Below are positions 16,874 through 26,626 of a stretch of DNA of 64,000 nt, piece by piece. The stretch covers positions 4,010 through 68,009 of IMG/VR virus record IMGVR_UViG_3300031760_000049; one strand, 5' to 3'. Each line of letters opens with the position of its first letter. Positions within the stretch are counted from its first letter, which is position 1. This stretch comes from a virus (Duplodnaviria; Caudoviricetes). The position numbers and the translations under genes are program-made. Under the pieces are notes generated by a model. The model was not told where the DNA came from. It searched no databases and saw only the letters and a list, made by a program, of their open reading frames with translations.

Positions 16874-19567
16874 TTATTCTTTTAACTTTTGAATATTTGC
16901 TGCTATTACTTTTAAAGCAGATTCTAATGTTTGTTGATTAACTTCTATTGGATATAAAATATTTTCACTACCGGTAATTGGTTCCGAAGAAGTTTTACTT
17001 TTACTAACAGTAAATGAGGTATTCTCAATATTTAAATAGTCTTTGAATTTATCCTTGTTATCTTGATCTAAATCTCTGGTGGACAAAGTATAAACCCTAG
17101 TCGCCGGCGTAACTCGTGTCATCTTCCCTATACATACCTCACTACCAGCTATTTGTTGATTCCACCCTATTGCTTTACATTTACACCCCCATAAATATAG
17201 TTCCATTGGAGGGAGTGTAGTAGATGCATAATTAAATCTAACTACAGCTTCTTCTACAGAACATGGTGTATCTATCCATAAAAAACATTTATAATCTTCG
17301 TAGTCAGGAGATGGACTATAAATACCCATCTTTATACCAATGTCTCTCATAGTAGATTTTTGTACTAGTTCCTTACCTGTACCACCATGTGCCTCTGGTA
17401 ATACACCTGTAATTGCAATATTTTGTGCATCGGCAGTTCCATTAAAATATTGAGTTGAATTAACATTTTCTAAGTTTACTCTTAAAATGTGTGACGTGAC
17501 TAATTTTTTTGCGGCACGCACTGTTAAACCTTTTGTATCGTCATTTGCTGTTATCCATGTAGGAGAAGTATTTTCACCTTGACTAATTAATACTTGATTA
17601 TTGCTACCACTACTAGTAGGTGCATAGAATGAAGCTGTAGTTGCTCCTTTATCATTTCCATTTAAAGTCACTTTAGTTCCACCAGCATAGTTACTACATG
17701 ATGTAATAACTCCATTCTTAAAATATATTGGAGTAGTATTACCACCAACAGTTTTATTACTAGCGACTGGAACACCATCATGAAAATAAACAGGTTGTGT
17801 TGAAGAACCTGTGTTGAGTACTGCAAGTGTCTTTGCAGATTGTGCACTATTGACTGAAATAGCCATAGGAGATACCCATGTTGGCTCTCCATATTGCTGA
17901 GATTGTAATATATATCCGGTAGTACTGCTCTCAGTAGGTGCATAAAATGAAGCTGTAGTTGCTCCTTTATCATTTCCATTTAAAGTCACTTTAGTTCCAC
18001 CCGCATATTTATTACATGCTTTTGCAACCTTTTTATCAATGTATACTGGAATATCAACCGTTCCTTGGTCACCATTAGGCTCAGTGACTTGTACAGTCGT
18101 ATCCGCAGGTGCTGTTTGCGATAATAAAGATGCCAAACTTGTAGTTCCGAACAATAGCTTATCAGTACCAGTAAAAGTGGCTGTATTTGTTACTGTCAAA
18201 TCATTTACAGATGCACGTTTACTTACTTGTATACCACCTGTTATTTGTAAAGCATCTTCGTTAACATTAGTAATTTTTGTAATACCTGTTATTGTTGTAT
18301 TACTATCAAAGTAGTTATCTTGTCCCGTATGAATACCACCAACTACATAGAGTGCAGCTTCATTATTATTTGCAGGAGTCGCAGCCGCAAAGTAATTTTT
18401 CCCACTAGTATAAATACCGCCTGCAACACGTAATGCTCCAGAGGTACTACCTGTAGAACTTTCTCCTTTAGTAAAATAACTAACTCCGCCTGAATAAATA
18501 CCACCAACTACTTTTAACGCACCTTGCGTACCATCGATATTTGCATTAGTATCATTATTAATAATTGTTCTTCCTGCAAAGAAATTTGTATCACCAGAAT
18601 AAATACCACCGCTTACTTGTAATGCACCTGTATTAACAGTATCTGCAGAAGTAGTATTAGTAATTTTTGTAGTACCTGTAATTATTGTATTGCTATTGAA
18701 ATAATTATCACTTCCTGTATAAATACCACCTGTAACACGTAATGCTCCAGTATCAAGACGGGTAGAGCCCTCTCCATTAGCAATACTCGTTATCCCATTA
18801 AAATAATTAGTACCTCCACTATAAATACCACCAACTACTTTTAATGCACCTTGACCATTACTATCCGCTCCAGTATTATTATTAATAACTGTTTTATTTG
18901 CAAACCAATTTTCACCACCAGAATAAATACCACCAGTAACCCTTAGTGCACCAGTATCAGCACTTGTTGCATTTTTGTTATTTATAATTCGTGTAATATT
19001 AGTAAAATAATTTGTACCTTGTGATAAAATACCGCCCATTACACGTAAAGCTCCAGTATTTATATTTTCAGCATTATCACTATTATTAATTTTTGTTACT
19101 CCAGTTGTATCAATAGTAACTAAATCTTTCCCCTGACTTGCAGTGCCTCCGCCAATAACAACATAATAATTATCAGTTACGGTTTTATCATTATATTTAC
19201 CAATAACTATTCCATTCTCTGTTCTCGGAACTAAACCTGTTCCAATAGCTGCACTATAATTAGTGTTAACTTCATTATTATTACCTATATTTAAACTATA
19301 ATTACCTGTACCAAATACATCGACACCTGCATAAATAGACCCTAAACCAAAATCTGTATCTATTGTAGCAATAGCTTTTCCCGCAGCATCTTTTTTGATA
19401 TAAGTAGTTAATAAAATATTTCTATTTGTATATAAATAAGCATTTGCACCAATAACTATATCCCTAGATAAAATTGATGTATCATCATTATCTTTTTCTA
19501 ATACTTTTCGTACAGATTTAATTTGATGCAATCTATTTACTCTAAAAGTTGTTGAAATTTCTTCCAA
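16874..19567 (-). CDS. Tail fibre/spike-like protein with repetitive beta-structure
   Basis: About 9 GALxVxGGIxxGxxNYF repeats, a duplicated YAGGTKVTLNGNDKGATTASFYAPT segment, and G/T/N-rich composition; last gene of the tail operon. Confidence 0.7.
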   Translation of the reverse strand: MEEISTTFRVNRLHQIKSVRKVLEKDNDDTSILSRDIVIGANAYLYTNRNILLTTYIKKDAAGKAIATIDTDFGLGSIYAGVDVFGTGNYSLNIGNNNEVNTNYSAAIGTGLVPRTENGIVIGKYNDKTVTDNYYVVIGGGTASQGKDLVTIDTTGVTKINNSDNAENINTGALRVMGGILSQGTNYFTNITRIINNKNATSADTGALRVTGGIYSGGENWFANKTVINNNTGADSNGQGALKVVGGIYSGGTNYFNGITSIANGEGSTRLDTGALRVTGGIYTGSDNYFNSNTIITGTTKITNTTSADTVNTGALQVSGGIYSGDTNFFAGRTIINNDTNANIDGTQGALKVVGGIYSGGVSYFTKGESSTGSTSGALRVAGGIYTSGKNYFAAATPANNNEAALYVVGGIHTGQDNYFDSNTTITGITKITNVNEDALQITGGIQVSKRASVNDLTVTNTATFTGTDKLLFGTTSLASLLSQTAPADTTVQVTEPNGDQGTVDIPVYIDKKVAKACNKYAGGTKVTLNGNDKGATTASFYAPTESSTTGYILQSQQYGEPTWVSPMAISVNSAQSAKTLAVLNTGSSTQPVYFHDGVPVASNKTVGGNTTPIYFKNGVITSCSNYAGGTKVTLNGNDKGATTASFYAPTSSGSNNQVLISQGENTSPTWITANDDTKGLTVRAAKKLVTSHILRVNLENVNSTQYFNGTADAQNIAITGVLPEAHGGTGKELVQKSTMRDIGIKMGIYSPSPDYEDYKCFLWIDTPCSVEEAVVRFNYASTTLPPMELYLWGCKCKAIGWNQQIAGSEVCIGKMTRVTPATRVYTLSTRDLDQDNKDKFKDYLNIENTSFTVSKSKTSSEPITGSENILYPIEVNQQTLESALKVIAANIQKLKE
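17615..18007. repeat. 75-bp direct repeat pair inside the fibre gene (17615-17689 and 17933-18007)
   Basis: 73 of 75 nt are identical by eye, including synonymous positions. Confidence 0.9.
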
Positions 19568-19899
19568 TCTATACTCGCCTCCTCTAACTCTTCATATCTA
19601 CTCATAGTTGCAGAACTATAATCATAAACCATATCTAAAATTGTTGCAGGAGATTCATCCTGTGAAAAAACAATAGTTTTAATATCTACATTAGAAAATT
19701 CTAACATACCATCTAAACCAATAATAAATTTATGTTCTCCATGAGCAGTTTTAATCGTTACATAATGACCAGGGACACTTTGTATTCCTAATCGACTGAC
19801 CACTCCTGAAACACCAGAAGTTCCAACATTTTTCATTTCTATAGGAGTATCTTTTTCAAATGGTCCAACTAACTGTACAAAACCTGTATTTGTAGCCAT
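19537..19899 (-). CDS. Hypothetical virion-associated protein
   Basis: ORF with RBS in the tail operon; resembles the C-terminal part of 20977-21726 (HKFIIGLDGMLEFSN vs ELFKIGKSGKFELYN). Confidence 0.6.
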   Translation of the reverse strand: MATNTGFVQLVGPFEKDTPIEMKNVGTSGVSGVVSRLGIQSVPGHYVTIKTAHGEHKFIIGLDGMLEFSNVDIKTIVFSQDESPATILDMVYDYSSATMSRYEELEEASIDWKKFQQLLE

Positions 19900-19910
19900 A
19901 ATTATACCTC

Positions 19911-20954
19911 CTATTGTCTAATAATAATTGATGAATTTAAACGGGCGGTTAAAATTGAATTTTCAGGTTCTCGTGTAGTAATATAAGCTGTACCGCCAAT
20001 ATCAATTAAATCTTGTATAGTCTTTCTAGTAGAATCACTTGGTGCTTGTGTTGTATCTCTATCTCCTTCCGCCGTATTAACAAACTCATAACCAAGATAA
20101 CCATTTACATTAGTTGTTGTTAATATATTAAGTTGACCTGCATATACCCAAGTACCAATAGGCTCAATCTCTACTATAACATATTTATATTTTTCATCTT
20201 CAGCACTCCACTGCCATTTATATGTAGCTGCTGGTTTATCTTTAGCAATATAAACTAAATTTGGGTCTCCTATGGTTGGAAAATCACTTACAGTATCATA
20301 ATATACTTCATGTGGATAATGACTAAAATCATGAATGAAATATCTACGAGGCCACTTTGTATATGGGTCGATGTCATTACTAGTACCTGCTGTTGCTTTA
20401 TCATCTCCTTCATATCCAATAGAAACAGTAGCACCACGTAAATCCATATTATTCCAAATTTTTTCACGCGGCAAGTTTTTATTTAGCCAATTTATCATTC
20501 CATTAATAGTTTTTAAGTTAGTACCATCTCCATAACACACTCCAATATTATTAACACTTGTAGCATCACCAATACCATATCCCCTTAATAATATAGTTGA
20601 TGAATCTGGTGCCCATGCAGAGTCCCAATCTATCTTCTTAGGAATATTAATTGCATATCCTGCTAATCGCATAAGGCTAGCAGGACCTTGTGGTCCCGCA
20701 ATATTTCCACAATATGTTGCAGAATAATCTAATTCTCTTCTATATATATCACCATAAGTAGGGTCATATCTATCTAAAATATCAGGATAAATTGTACCAG
20801 CTTCATCCTTAACTTTTGGATTTATTAATGCGTACTCGCCAGGTTTTACTACACATGATATTAACGCAAAATCTTCTTTTAAATCAGTTAAGGTATCATA
20901 AATTCTAGTAATACGCATACCTGCGCCAGTACGACCACCATAAAATGATTCCAT
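19911..20954 (-). CDS. Putative baseplate/tail protein
   Basis: MESFYGGRTG start and GPQGP linker; operon context. Confidence 0.55.
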   Translation of the reverse strand: MESFYGGRTGAGMRITRIYDTLTDLKEDFALISCVVKPGEYALINPKVKDEAGTIYPDILDRYDPTYGDIYRRELDYSATYCGNIAGPQGPASLMRLAGYAINIPKKIDWDSAWAPDSSTILLRGYGIGDATSVNNIGVCYGDGTNLKTINGMINWLNKNLPREKIWNNMDLRGATVSIGYEGDDKATAGTSNDIDPYTKWPRRYFIHDFSHYPHEVYYDTVSDFPTIGDPNLVYIAKDKPAATYKWQWSAEDEKYKYVIVEIEPIGTWVYAGQLNILTTTNVNGYLGYEFVNTAEGDRDTTQAPSDSTRKTIQDLIDIGGTAYITTREPENSILTARLNSSIIIRQ

Positions 20955-20976
20955 GTATATCCTCCTTTTCTCTCAT

Positions 20977-21726
20977 TTAATAACTTGGTTTCCACTTGTA
21001 TGTTACTACAAAAGGACCTAATATTTTATCAGTATCTTGCTCAGTAAGTATAGCAGGTATAACTCCAAGACTATAAATTTCAATATTTTTATTATACAAT
21101 TCAAATTTACCAGACTTACCTATCTTAAAAAGTTCCCCATTAATAATAAAATTTGTTTCAGGTGAACCTTGAATAGCCATTTTAACAAAATTAAAATTAT
21201 TCATAGCAACTAAATCTTTCATAACTGCAATTTTAACTTTTTGGTCTTTAGGCATAATCGTAGTTGTAGTGTGTCTATCATATATTGCAATAATAAAACT
21301 ATCATATTTAACATTAGGGATAAAACTCAATTCTACCTTATTATCCGTATTAGCAAAAACTCTTGTTTGAGCTAAAATATCCATATCTTGATAATAACTA
21401 ACTAATGAAACTTGAGATGCTCCCAATAGCTGAATTACACAATCTGTATCTACTTCTAAATGAAAAGTCATAAGACATGGACATAAGCTACGAGCGTCTT
21501 TGTCTTGAATACAATAGTCTGATGCATTTTTAATACGAGCATCATTAGCGCCATATCCACTTCGAGAAGAAAACTCTGGGTTCGCATGAGATACTATATC
21601 AGCGGAAGGTATTGGTATAAATACCTCTCCGCCAGTACCTTGTCGACTAATAAAGCTTGCTAAGTCATCTGCCGAACCAGAGAATAATCTTTGTCCTATG
21701 TCATAACTTGCAGTAGTTAATGCCAT
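20977..21726 (-). CDS. Hypothetical virion-associated protein
   Basis: 249-aa ORF with RBS in the tail operon. Confidence 0.55.
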   Translation of the reverse strand: MALTTASYDIGQRLFSGSADDLASFISRQGTGGEVFIPIPSADIVSHANPEFSSRSGYGANDARIKNASDYCIQDKDARSLCPCLMTFHLEVDTDCVIQLLGASQVSLVSYYQDMDILAQTRVFANTDNKVELSFIPNVKYDSFIIAIYDRHTTTTIMPKDQKVKIAVMKDLVAMNNFNFVKMAIQGSPETNFIINGELFKIGKSGKFELYNKNIEIYSLGVIPAILTEQDTDKILGPFVVTYKWKPSY

Positions 21727-21741
21727 ATTCCATATCCTCCT

Positions 21742-24700
21742 TTATACTCTATCTATAATTTTTGTACAAGTAATATTCATTGTACTCTCAACATCTAATG
21801 GAACATTGATTGAATCAATCAAATAATCGCCATAAATACCTGTCTTAGGGTCTTTTACTGTAATGCGAGTATTTACATCTAAATGATAGATAGGCATACA
21901 AGTTAATGTAATTTTTTCATTATAACTTGTTTCGGTATAAAGTAATTCACGTGCCGCCTCAAATAGACCTTGATAATGGTCACTTGTTAAATCTTGCAAT
22001 ACACGACCGTTTAAATAAGCATACGGATAATTATTCTTAATAAGTTCCTCTCTTTTATTTTGAATATCATCTATGACCGATTGTTTATCTTCACCCGGAT
22101 GTAACTCCATATCTAATGTATTTATATCTTCCAATAGATAAATAGTAGGAATATCTGGGTCAATCATACAATTTAAACTTGTATTATTAATCGCATCAGT
22201 TCTACGACCAATATTTTCAACACTTAACTCTCCAATTTTTGCGGAAGAATCAATAAAATCTAAATAATAATTATAATCTTCTGGATGCGGCTGGAAGCCT
22301 GCCCCCATACGAGGAGTTAATAATTCTTCTTCTTTTGGAGTATAAAAATACACTGTTTCAGATTCTGTGCGAGGTGGTATCATTGTATTATCAGGATTTA
22401 ATCCATGTTCACATTGTAGTCTAAAATAACTTAATCCTTTAGTGATATTCCCATCTCCATTAAATTCCGCAGTTTGCGATGGATTATATATAATATTGTC
22501 ATATTTATATAATTTACGTTCTCCTTTAATAAAAGTTAAAAAGCTACGACGAATATTACTATATACTGATGTATCCCATTTTACTTGATTGATATGGATT
22601 TCAATATTTAATGCTCTGTCTAAAATCTCAAGCTGACGAGCCATATCAATTTTTTCTGCATCCTTAGATGTAGTTGGCGGATATGAGTAATTATAAATCC
22701 TCTTTTGGTCATCTGTTAATGTCGTATTTAAATATTTATCTAATAACTCAATACGAGTTCCGCTATCATGATTAAAATATACATGACGTTGAGACAACAA
22801 ATGTAAATTTTCAACTTGTTTAGTAACATCCGTTACGTTACCTATACCTTTACTATTAATAAATTCATTAATATCAATAACTGACATAATCGTTGTTAAT
22901 TCGTCTTGATACATTGTTGCATATGTAGCATCTGTTAAAAACTTGAGTAATTTTGTAGCACAACAATTCCGCCAAGTATCTCGATATATAGAATTAGTTT
23001 TATTAATTATATTACTCTCAAAATGAGTTACACCAGACACCTTTTCAGAGATATAAGTATAAGTTGTAGATGTTGACGTATAGGTCGCAGATGTTGAAGT
23101 ATAAGAAGTTGAGGTATAGGAAGAATTTTTTTCATCCTCTTCATCTTCTGCTGCGTATTGTTCAATCACGCTATCTTGTTCTACTTGCTGATATAATGAG
23201 GTACCATCTAAAAACACAGGCGTAGTTGCCCAGGTTCTCATATCATCAGTAATACTTTGACACAAATTCATATCTTTCTCTATTTGTTCTGATAAATAAA
23301 TTTGTCCGCCATATGTATCTTCATCTGATTCATCTGTGTAAGTAGAAGAGTAACAAAAGTTCCTAAATTGTCCTGTATACTTACGTGGTTGAGTTAAAAT
23401 AGCCCCCTGCGCAGGAATATATACTAATGGAGCTTCTACTATTTCTTGGGTAGAGTCATTACGAAATACGATTTGACCATCTTCTTTCTTAGCAGAAATT
23501 CCTAAACGACCAATAGTATCAATATTCATTTCTGTGATGTTATAGATACGAGGCCATTCATTCGCCATTTCGGTATAATAATAATTAGGTACAGATTGTA
23601 GTAATGAATTTTCAACACCTTGTAAATATAACTCATTACGCCAATCTTGTGAATAAATACGTCTATATTCAATAGGATGAGAATTTATACGTCTTGTTGG
23701 TGATGCTGATTGTCCATACGCATCATTAAATACAATCCAATGCGGTCTTTCTAAAATACCATCTTTGCCTGTTGGCGGATTCGCATCATATACCCAAATC
23801 AAAACATCTGAATCATTAACACGGTCTTTATCATTGGCACTAATATAAAATGAACCCGCATCTGGATTTTGAATATTTGGAATTTTAGTTCGTACTAATC
23901 TTGGTTTCCTATCTTCTGACTGATAAATAGTTATCCAATCTTTAATTTTCTGTAATCTTTCAGCATTGGCATAAACACTACCATCTATACCAATATAATT
24001 ATCAAAAAAAGTACCATATCCTTCAATGTCATCAATATTCCAAATTTCTTTTTCAATAGTATGCATGATAGTATTACACATATCTGTTGGTAAAACAGTT
24101 TTAGCTATTGGATGTCCTGTTTCATCTAAAGCATCACTAGGCTCTATAGTATCAACAGTATATACATAAGATTTACCTTTTGCATCATTATATAACCAAA
24201 CTTGTTGACTAACTGGGCCTCCTAATAAGAGATATTTTAACCATTTTAAGCGGTCTTCTGTTGCGTATAAACTTCCATCTGTGCCAATAAACTCCCTAAA
24301 AAAAGTTCCATACCCACTTACAGCATCTATTGTTTGAATCTCTTCTTTAATAGTATCCATAATAGTATAACACATATCATCTGGGATAATCATAGTTGGC
24401 GTGTGTTCATCAATCGCGGGTGTTAAAGATTCGATAGTATATACCCTTTTTTGTTCCTCATCAGTCCATGAACCTGAAGCATAAAAATTATCTCCGCGAT
24501 ATGGCTCAGATAAAATCCAAGTATCTTCATTTTCATCAAAGAAAATAGGCTGGGCGGCAAATGGTATATCTTCAAAATCTAAAGTACCATCATCCATTTT
24601 TGTATATGGATAGTATATCACCACGTCATGTGGTAAACCTGTTTCAGGTTTTTTATCAATAGCCAAATGGTATCTAATAGGTTTTTTATCATTTGCGGTA

Positions 24701-26610
24701 GTTGATTTTTCACCCCATAGAACAAAATCATTTTTAATAGTGCTATATTGTAATTGATTGCTATATGAAATAATCATATTTGAATTTTCAAATTTATATA
24801 CCGCTTTTCCCATATTACGATTAAGTGTCATTGCTAATGCTTTAGTTTGAGCATTTGGGTCATCTGGGTTACCACGTTCAATCGTACGTAATAAAGTAGT
24901 AGTATAAGTTGTATTCAAATAATTCTTAATCTCTTGAAAATGAAAACGACCATCTATATCATAAAAATATTCAAAATTACCACCTAACTGTTGTACAATA
25001 TTATCTAAAATAGAAGTAATAGAAGCCCCTTGATTAGCGGTTAAATCTCCAGGATAAACAAAATCTTCCACTCTATATCCAATACTATCTTGTGTATTAA
25101 ATACGTAATATGAATAATTATTAGTATCAATAGGAGGTTCTAATAATTCTAAAGAATCAACTTGAGAACCTATATTCTTTTCATTCTTATCTAACTCAAA
25201 TTTATATTTTATAGTCTGGTCAGCGTCAGCAGGGTCAATAGGTAATAAAGATACATATAAATGAGATAGTGTATCTTGTAAATTAACCTTAACTCGCTTT
25301 GCACGGCGTGACATTACTTGTAATAATTTCCAACCATTAAATGCAGAACCATACCCATCATCATGCGGAGTCATGCGATATGCAACAAAAGTTTCTCCTT
25401 CTGGAAGTTGCAAATCGTCATCTATATAAATAGGTTCTAAAATTACATATTGTTCACCAGAAGTTTTCTCAGCTATAACAGGTATTTTTTTAACATCTAT
25501 ACTATTTGTATTATAGGTGTCATATAAAGTAATAAAATTTTCATTACTAAAGAGTTGAGCATACTTGTCAGCTATTAATTCTTTTTCATCTTGAAAATCT
25601 AATATAATTTTTGCATCTTCTGGACCAACACTTTCAGTTTTCTTTAACCATTCTAAAACTTGTTTATAATTATTATCAGCTTGTAGTTGATGTGCCAATA
25701 AATGAGTATCATACCCTTGAACATCAGTAACCTGATTGTTTGTTGCGGCGCCCCATTCGGAATTGCATAAGATATATAATTGTTCACTACTTGTTAATTG
25801 ATTCCAAGTATATTCTTCACCTTCAATACTTTTTGGGAAAAAACCAATATTTGCATCTACCTGTGAAAACCATAAACGCTTATTCTTTGGTTTGTTTTTA
25901 GTACCGGTATATTTTTCTAACATTATAGTATTAGCTTCTTTTAATTCCGCATATGTAGGATTAACAATATCTTTACTTAAAAACATTGCCGTGGTTATAG
26001 TAGAATCTAAATCTGAAATTACAATATTACCTAATTCTTCGCCACCTAAGTGATGAACAGCTTCTAAAATAATATCACTTAAAGTTAATTTCTGTTCTAA
26101 ATATTCTCCTGTACTAGCTAAATACTGGTCCACAGTATCAAGAGTAGTAGATGCCGTAAATACCCCACCTAAACTACCATCTAATAAACACATTTTATCA
26201 GCAAGGCTTACAGAGAATTGTACTCCTTCTGTATCATGCGTGATTGACAAGTCTGTTAAAATAAAAGTTCCTTGTCTAAACCATATATATTCTTCATTCA
26301 TATATGAATTTGTTGTATTTTTTATACCAATTTCAATATTAACTTTTTTATTAATACTAATAATATTATTAATGTTTAATACGTCACCATTAGTTTCATC
26401 TACATATACTGTTAAACTTCCAGAACGACGAACTGCGGAAGACTTGTCAATAGACAACTCTCCGCTAATAACATGACCTTGAATTTCTTGTAAAGGTCTT
26501 TCGTCTTTCCAAGTTAAGACAGTAATTTTTACTAGAATATCTTTTACACGAAGTTCATCTATTTCTCGTAAAAAATCTTCATCATTCTCATATTCGCGCC
26601 CTCTACGCAT
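21742..26610 (-). CDS. Large baseplate hub/minor tail protein
   Basis: 1622 aa; N-terminal ISIDKSSAVRRSGSLTV and C-terminal LTCMPIYHLDVNTRITV...YLIDSINVPL resemble tail-hub ends; contains an internal duplication. Confidence 0.6.
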   Translation of the reverse strand: MRRGREYENDEDFLREIDELRVKDILVKITVLTWKDERPLQEIQGHVISGELSIDKSSAVRRSGSLTVYVDETNGDVLNINNIISINKKVNIEIGIKNTTNSYMNEEYIWFRQGTFILTDLSITHDTEGVQFSVSLADKMCLLDGSLGGVFTASTTLDTVDQYLASTGEYLEQKLTLSDIILEAVHHLGGEELGNIVISDLDSTITTAMFLSKDIVNPTYAELKEANTIMLEKYTGTKNKPKNKRLWFSQVDANIGFFPKSIEGEEYTWNQLTSSEQLYILCNSEWGAATNNQVTDVQGYDTHLLAHQLQADNNYKQVLEWLKKTESVGPEDAKIILDFQDEKELIADKYAQLFSNENFITLYDTYNTNSIDVKKIPVIAEKTSGEQYVILEPIYIDDDLQLPEGETFVAYRMTPHDDGYGSAFNGWKLLQVMSRRAKRVKVNLQDTLSHLYVSLLPIDPADADQTIKYKFELDKNEKNIGSQVDSLELLEPPIDTNNYSYYVFNTQDSIGYRVEDFVYPGDLTANQGASITSILDNIVQQLGGNFEYFYDIDGRFHFQEIKNYLNTTYTTTLLRTIERGNPDDPNAQTKALAMTLNRNMGKAVYKFENSNMIISYSNQLQYSTIKNDFVLWGEKSTTANDKKPIRYHLAIDKKPETGLPHDVVIYYPYTKMDDGTLDFEDIPFAAQPIFFDENEDTWILSEPYRGDNFYASGSWTDEEQKRVYTIESLTPAIDEHTPTMIIPDDMCYTIMDTIKEEIQTIDAVSGYGTFFREFIGTDGSLYATEDRLKWLKYLLLGGPVSQQVWLYNDAKGKSYVYTVDTIEPSDALDETGHPIAKTVLPTDMCNTIMHTIEKEIWNIDDIEGYGTFFDNYIGIDGSVYANAERLQKIKDWITIYQSEDRKPRLVRTKIPNIQNPDAGSFYISANDKDRVNDSDVLIWVYDANPPTGKDGILERPHWIVFNDAYGQSASPTRRINSHPIEYRRIYSQDWRNELYLQGVENSLLQSVPNYYYTEMANEWPRIYNITEMNIDTIGRLGISAKKEDGQIVFRNDSTQEIVEAPLVYIPAQGAILTQPRKYTGQFRNFCYSSTYTDESDEDTYGGQIYLSEQIEKDMNLCQSITDDMRTWATTPVFLDGTSLYQQVEQDSVIEQYAAEDEEDEKNSSYTSTSYTSTSATYTSTSTTYTYISEKVSGVTHFESNIINKTNSIYRDTWRNCCATKLLKFLTDATYATMYQDELTTIMSVIDINEFINSKGIGNVTDVTKQVENLHLLSQRHVYFNHDSGTRIELLDKYLNTTLTDDQKRIYNYSYPPTTSKDAEKIDMARQLEILDRALNIEIHINQVKWDTSVYSNIRRSFLTFIKGERKLYKYDNIIYNPSQTAEFNGDGNITKGLSYFRLQCEHGLNPDNTMIPPRTESETVYFYTPKEEELLTPRMGAGFQPHPEDYNYYLDFIDSSAKIGELSVENIGRRTDAINNTSLNCMIDPDIPTIYLLEDINTLDMELHPGEDKQSVIDDIQNKREELIKNNYPYAYLNGRVLQDLTSDHYQGLFEAARELLYTETSYNEKITLTCMPIYHLDVNTRITVKDPKTGIYGDYLIDSINVPLDVESTMNITCTKIIDRV

Positions 26611-26626
26611 ACTGTCTCACTCCTTT

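Noticed and set aside
17615-18007. Diversity-generating retroelement TR/VR pair in the fibre gene
   Set aside because: Only two mismatches, both copies are in frame within one ORF and not at the C-terminus, and there is no reverse transcriptase in the window.
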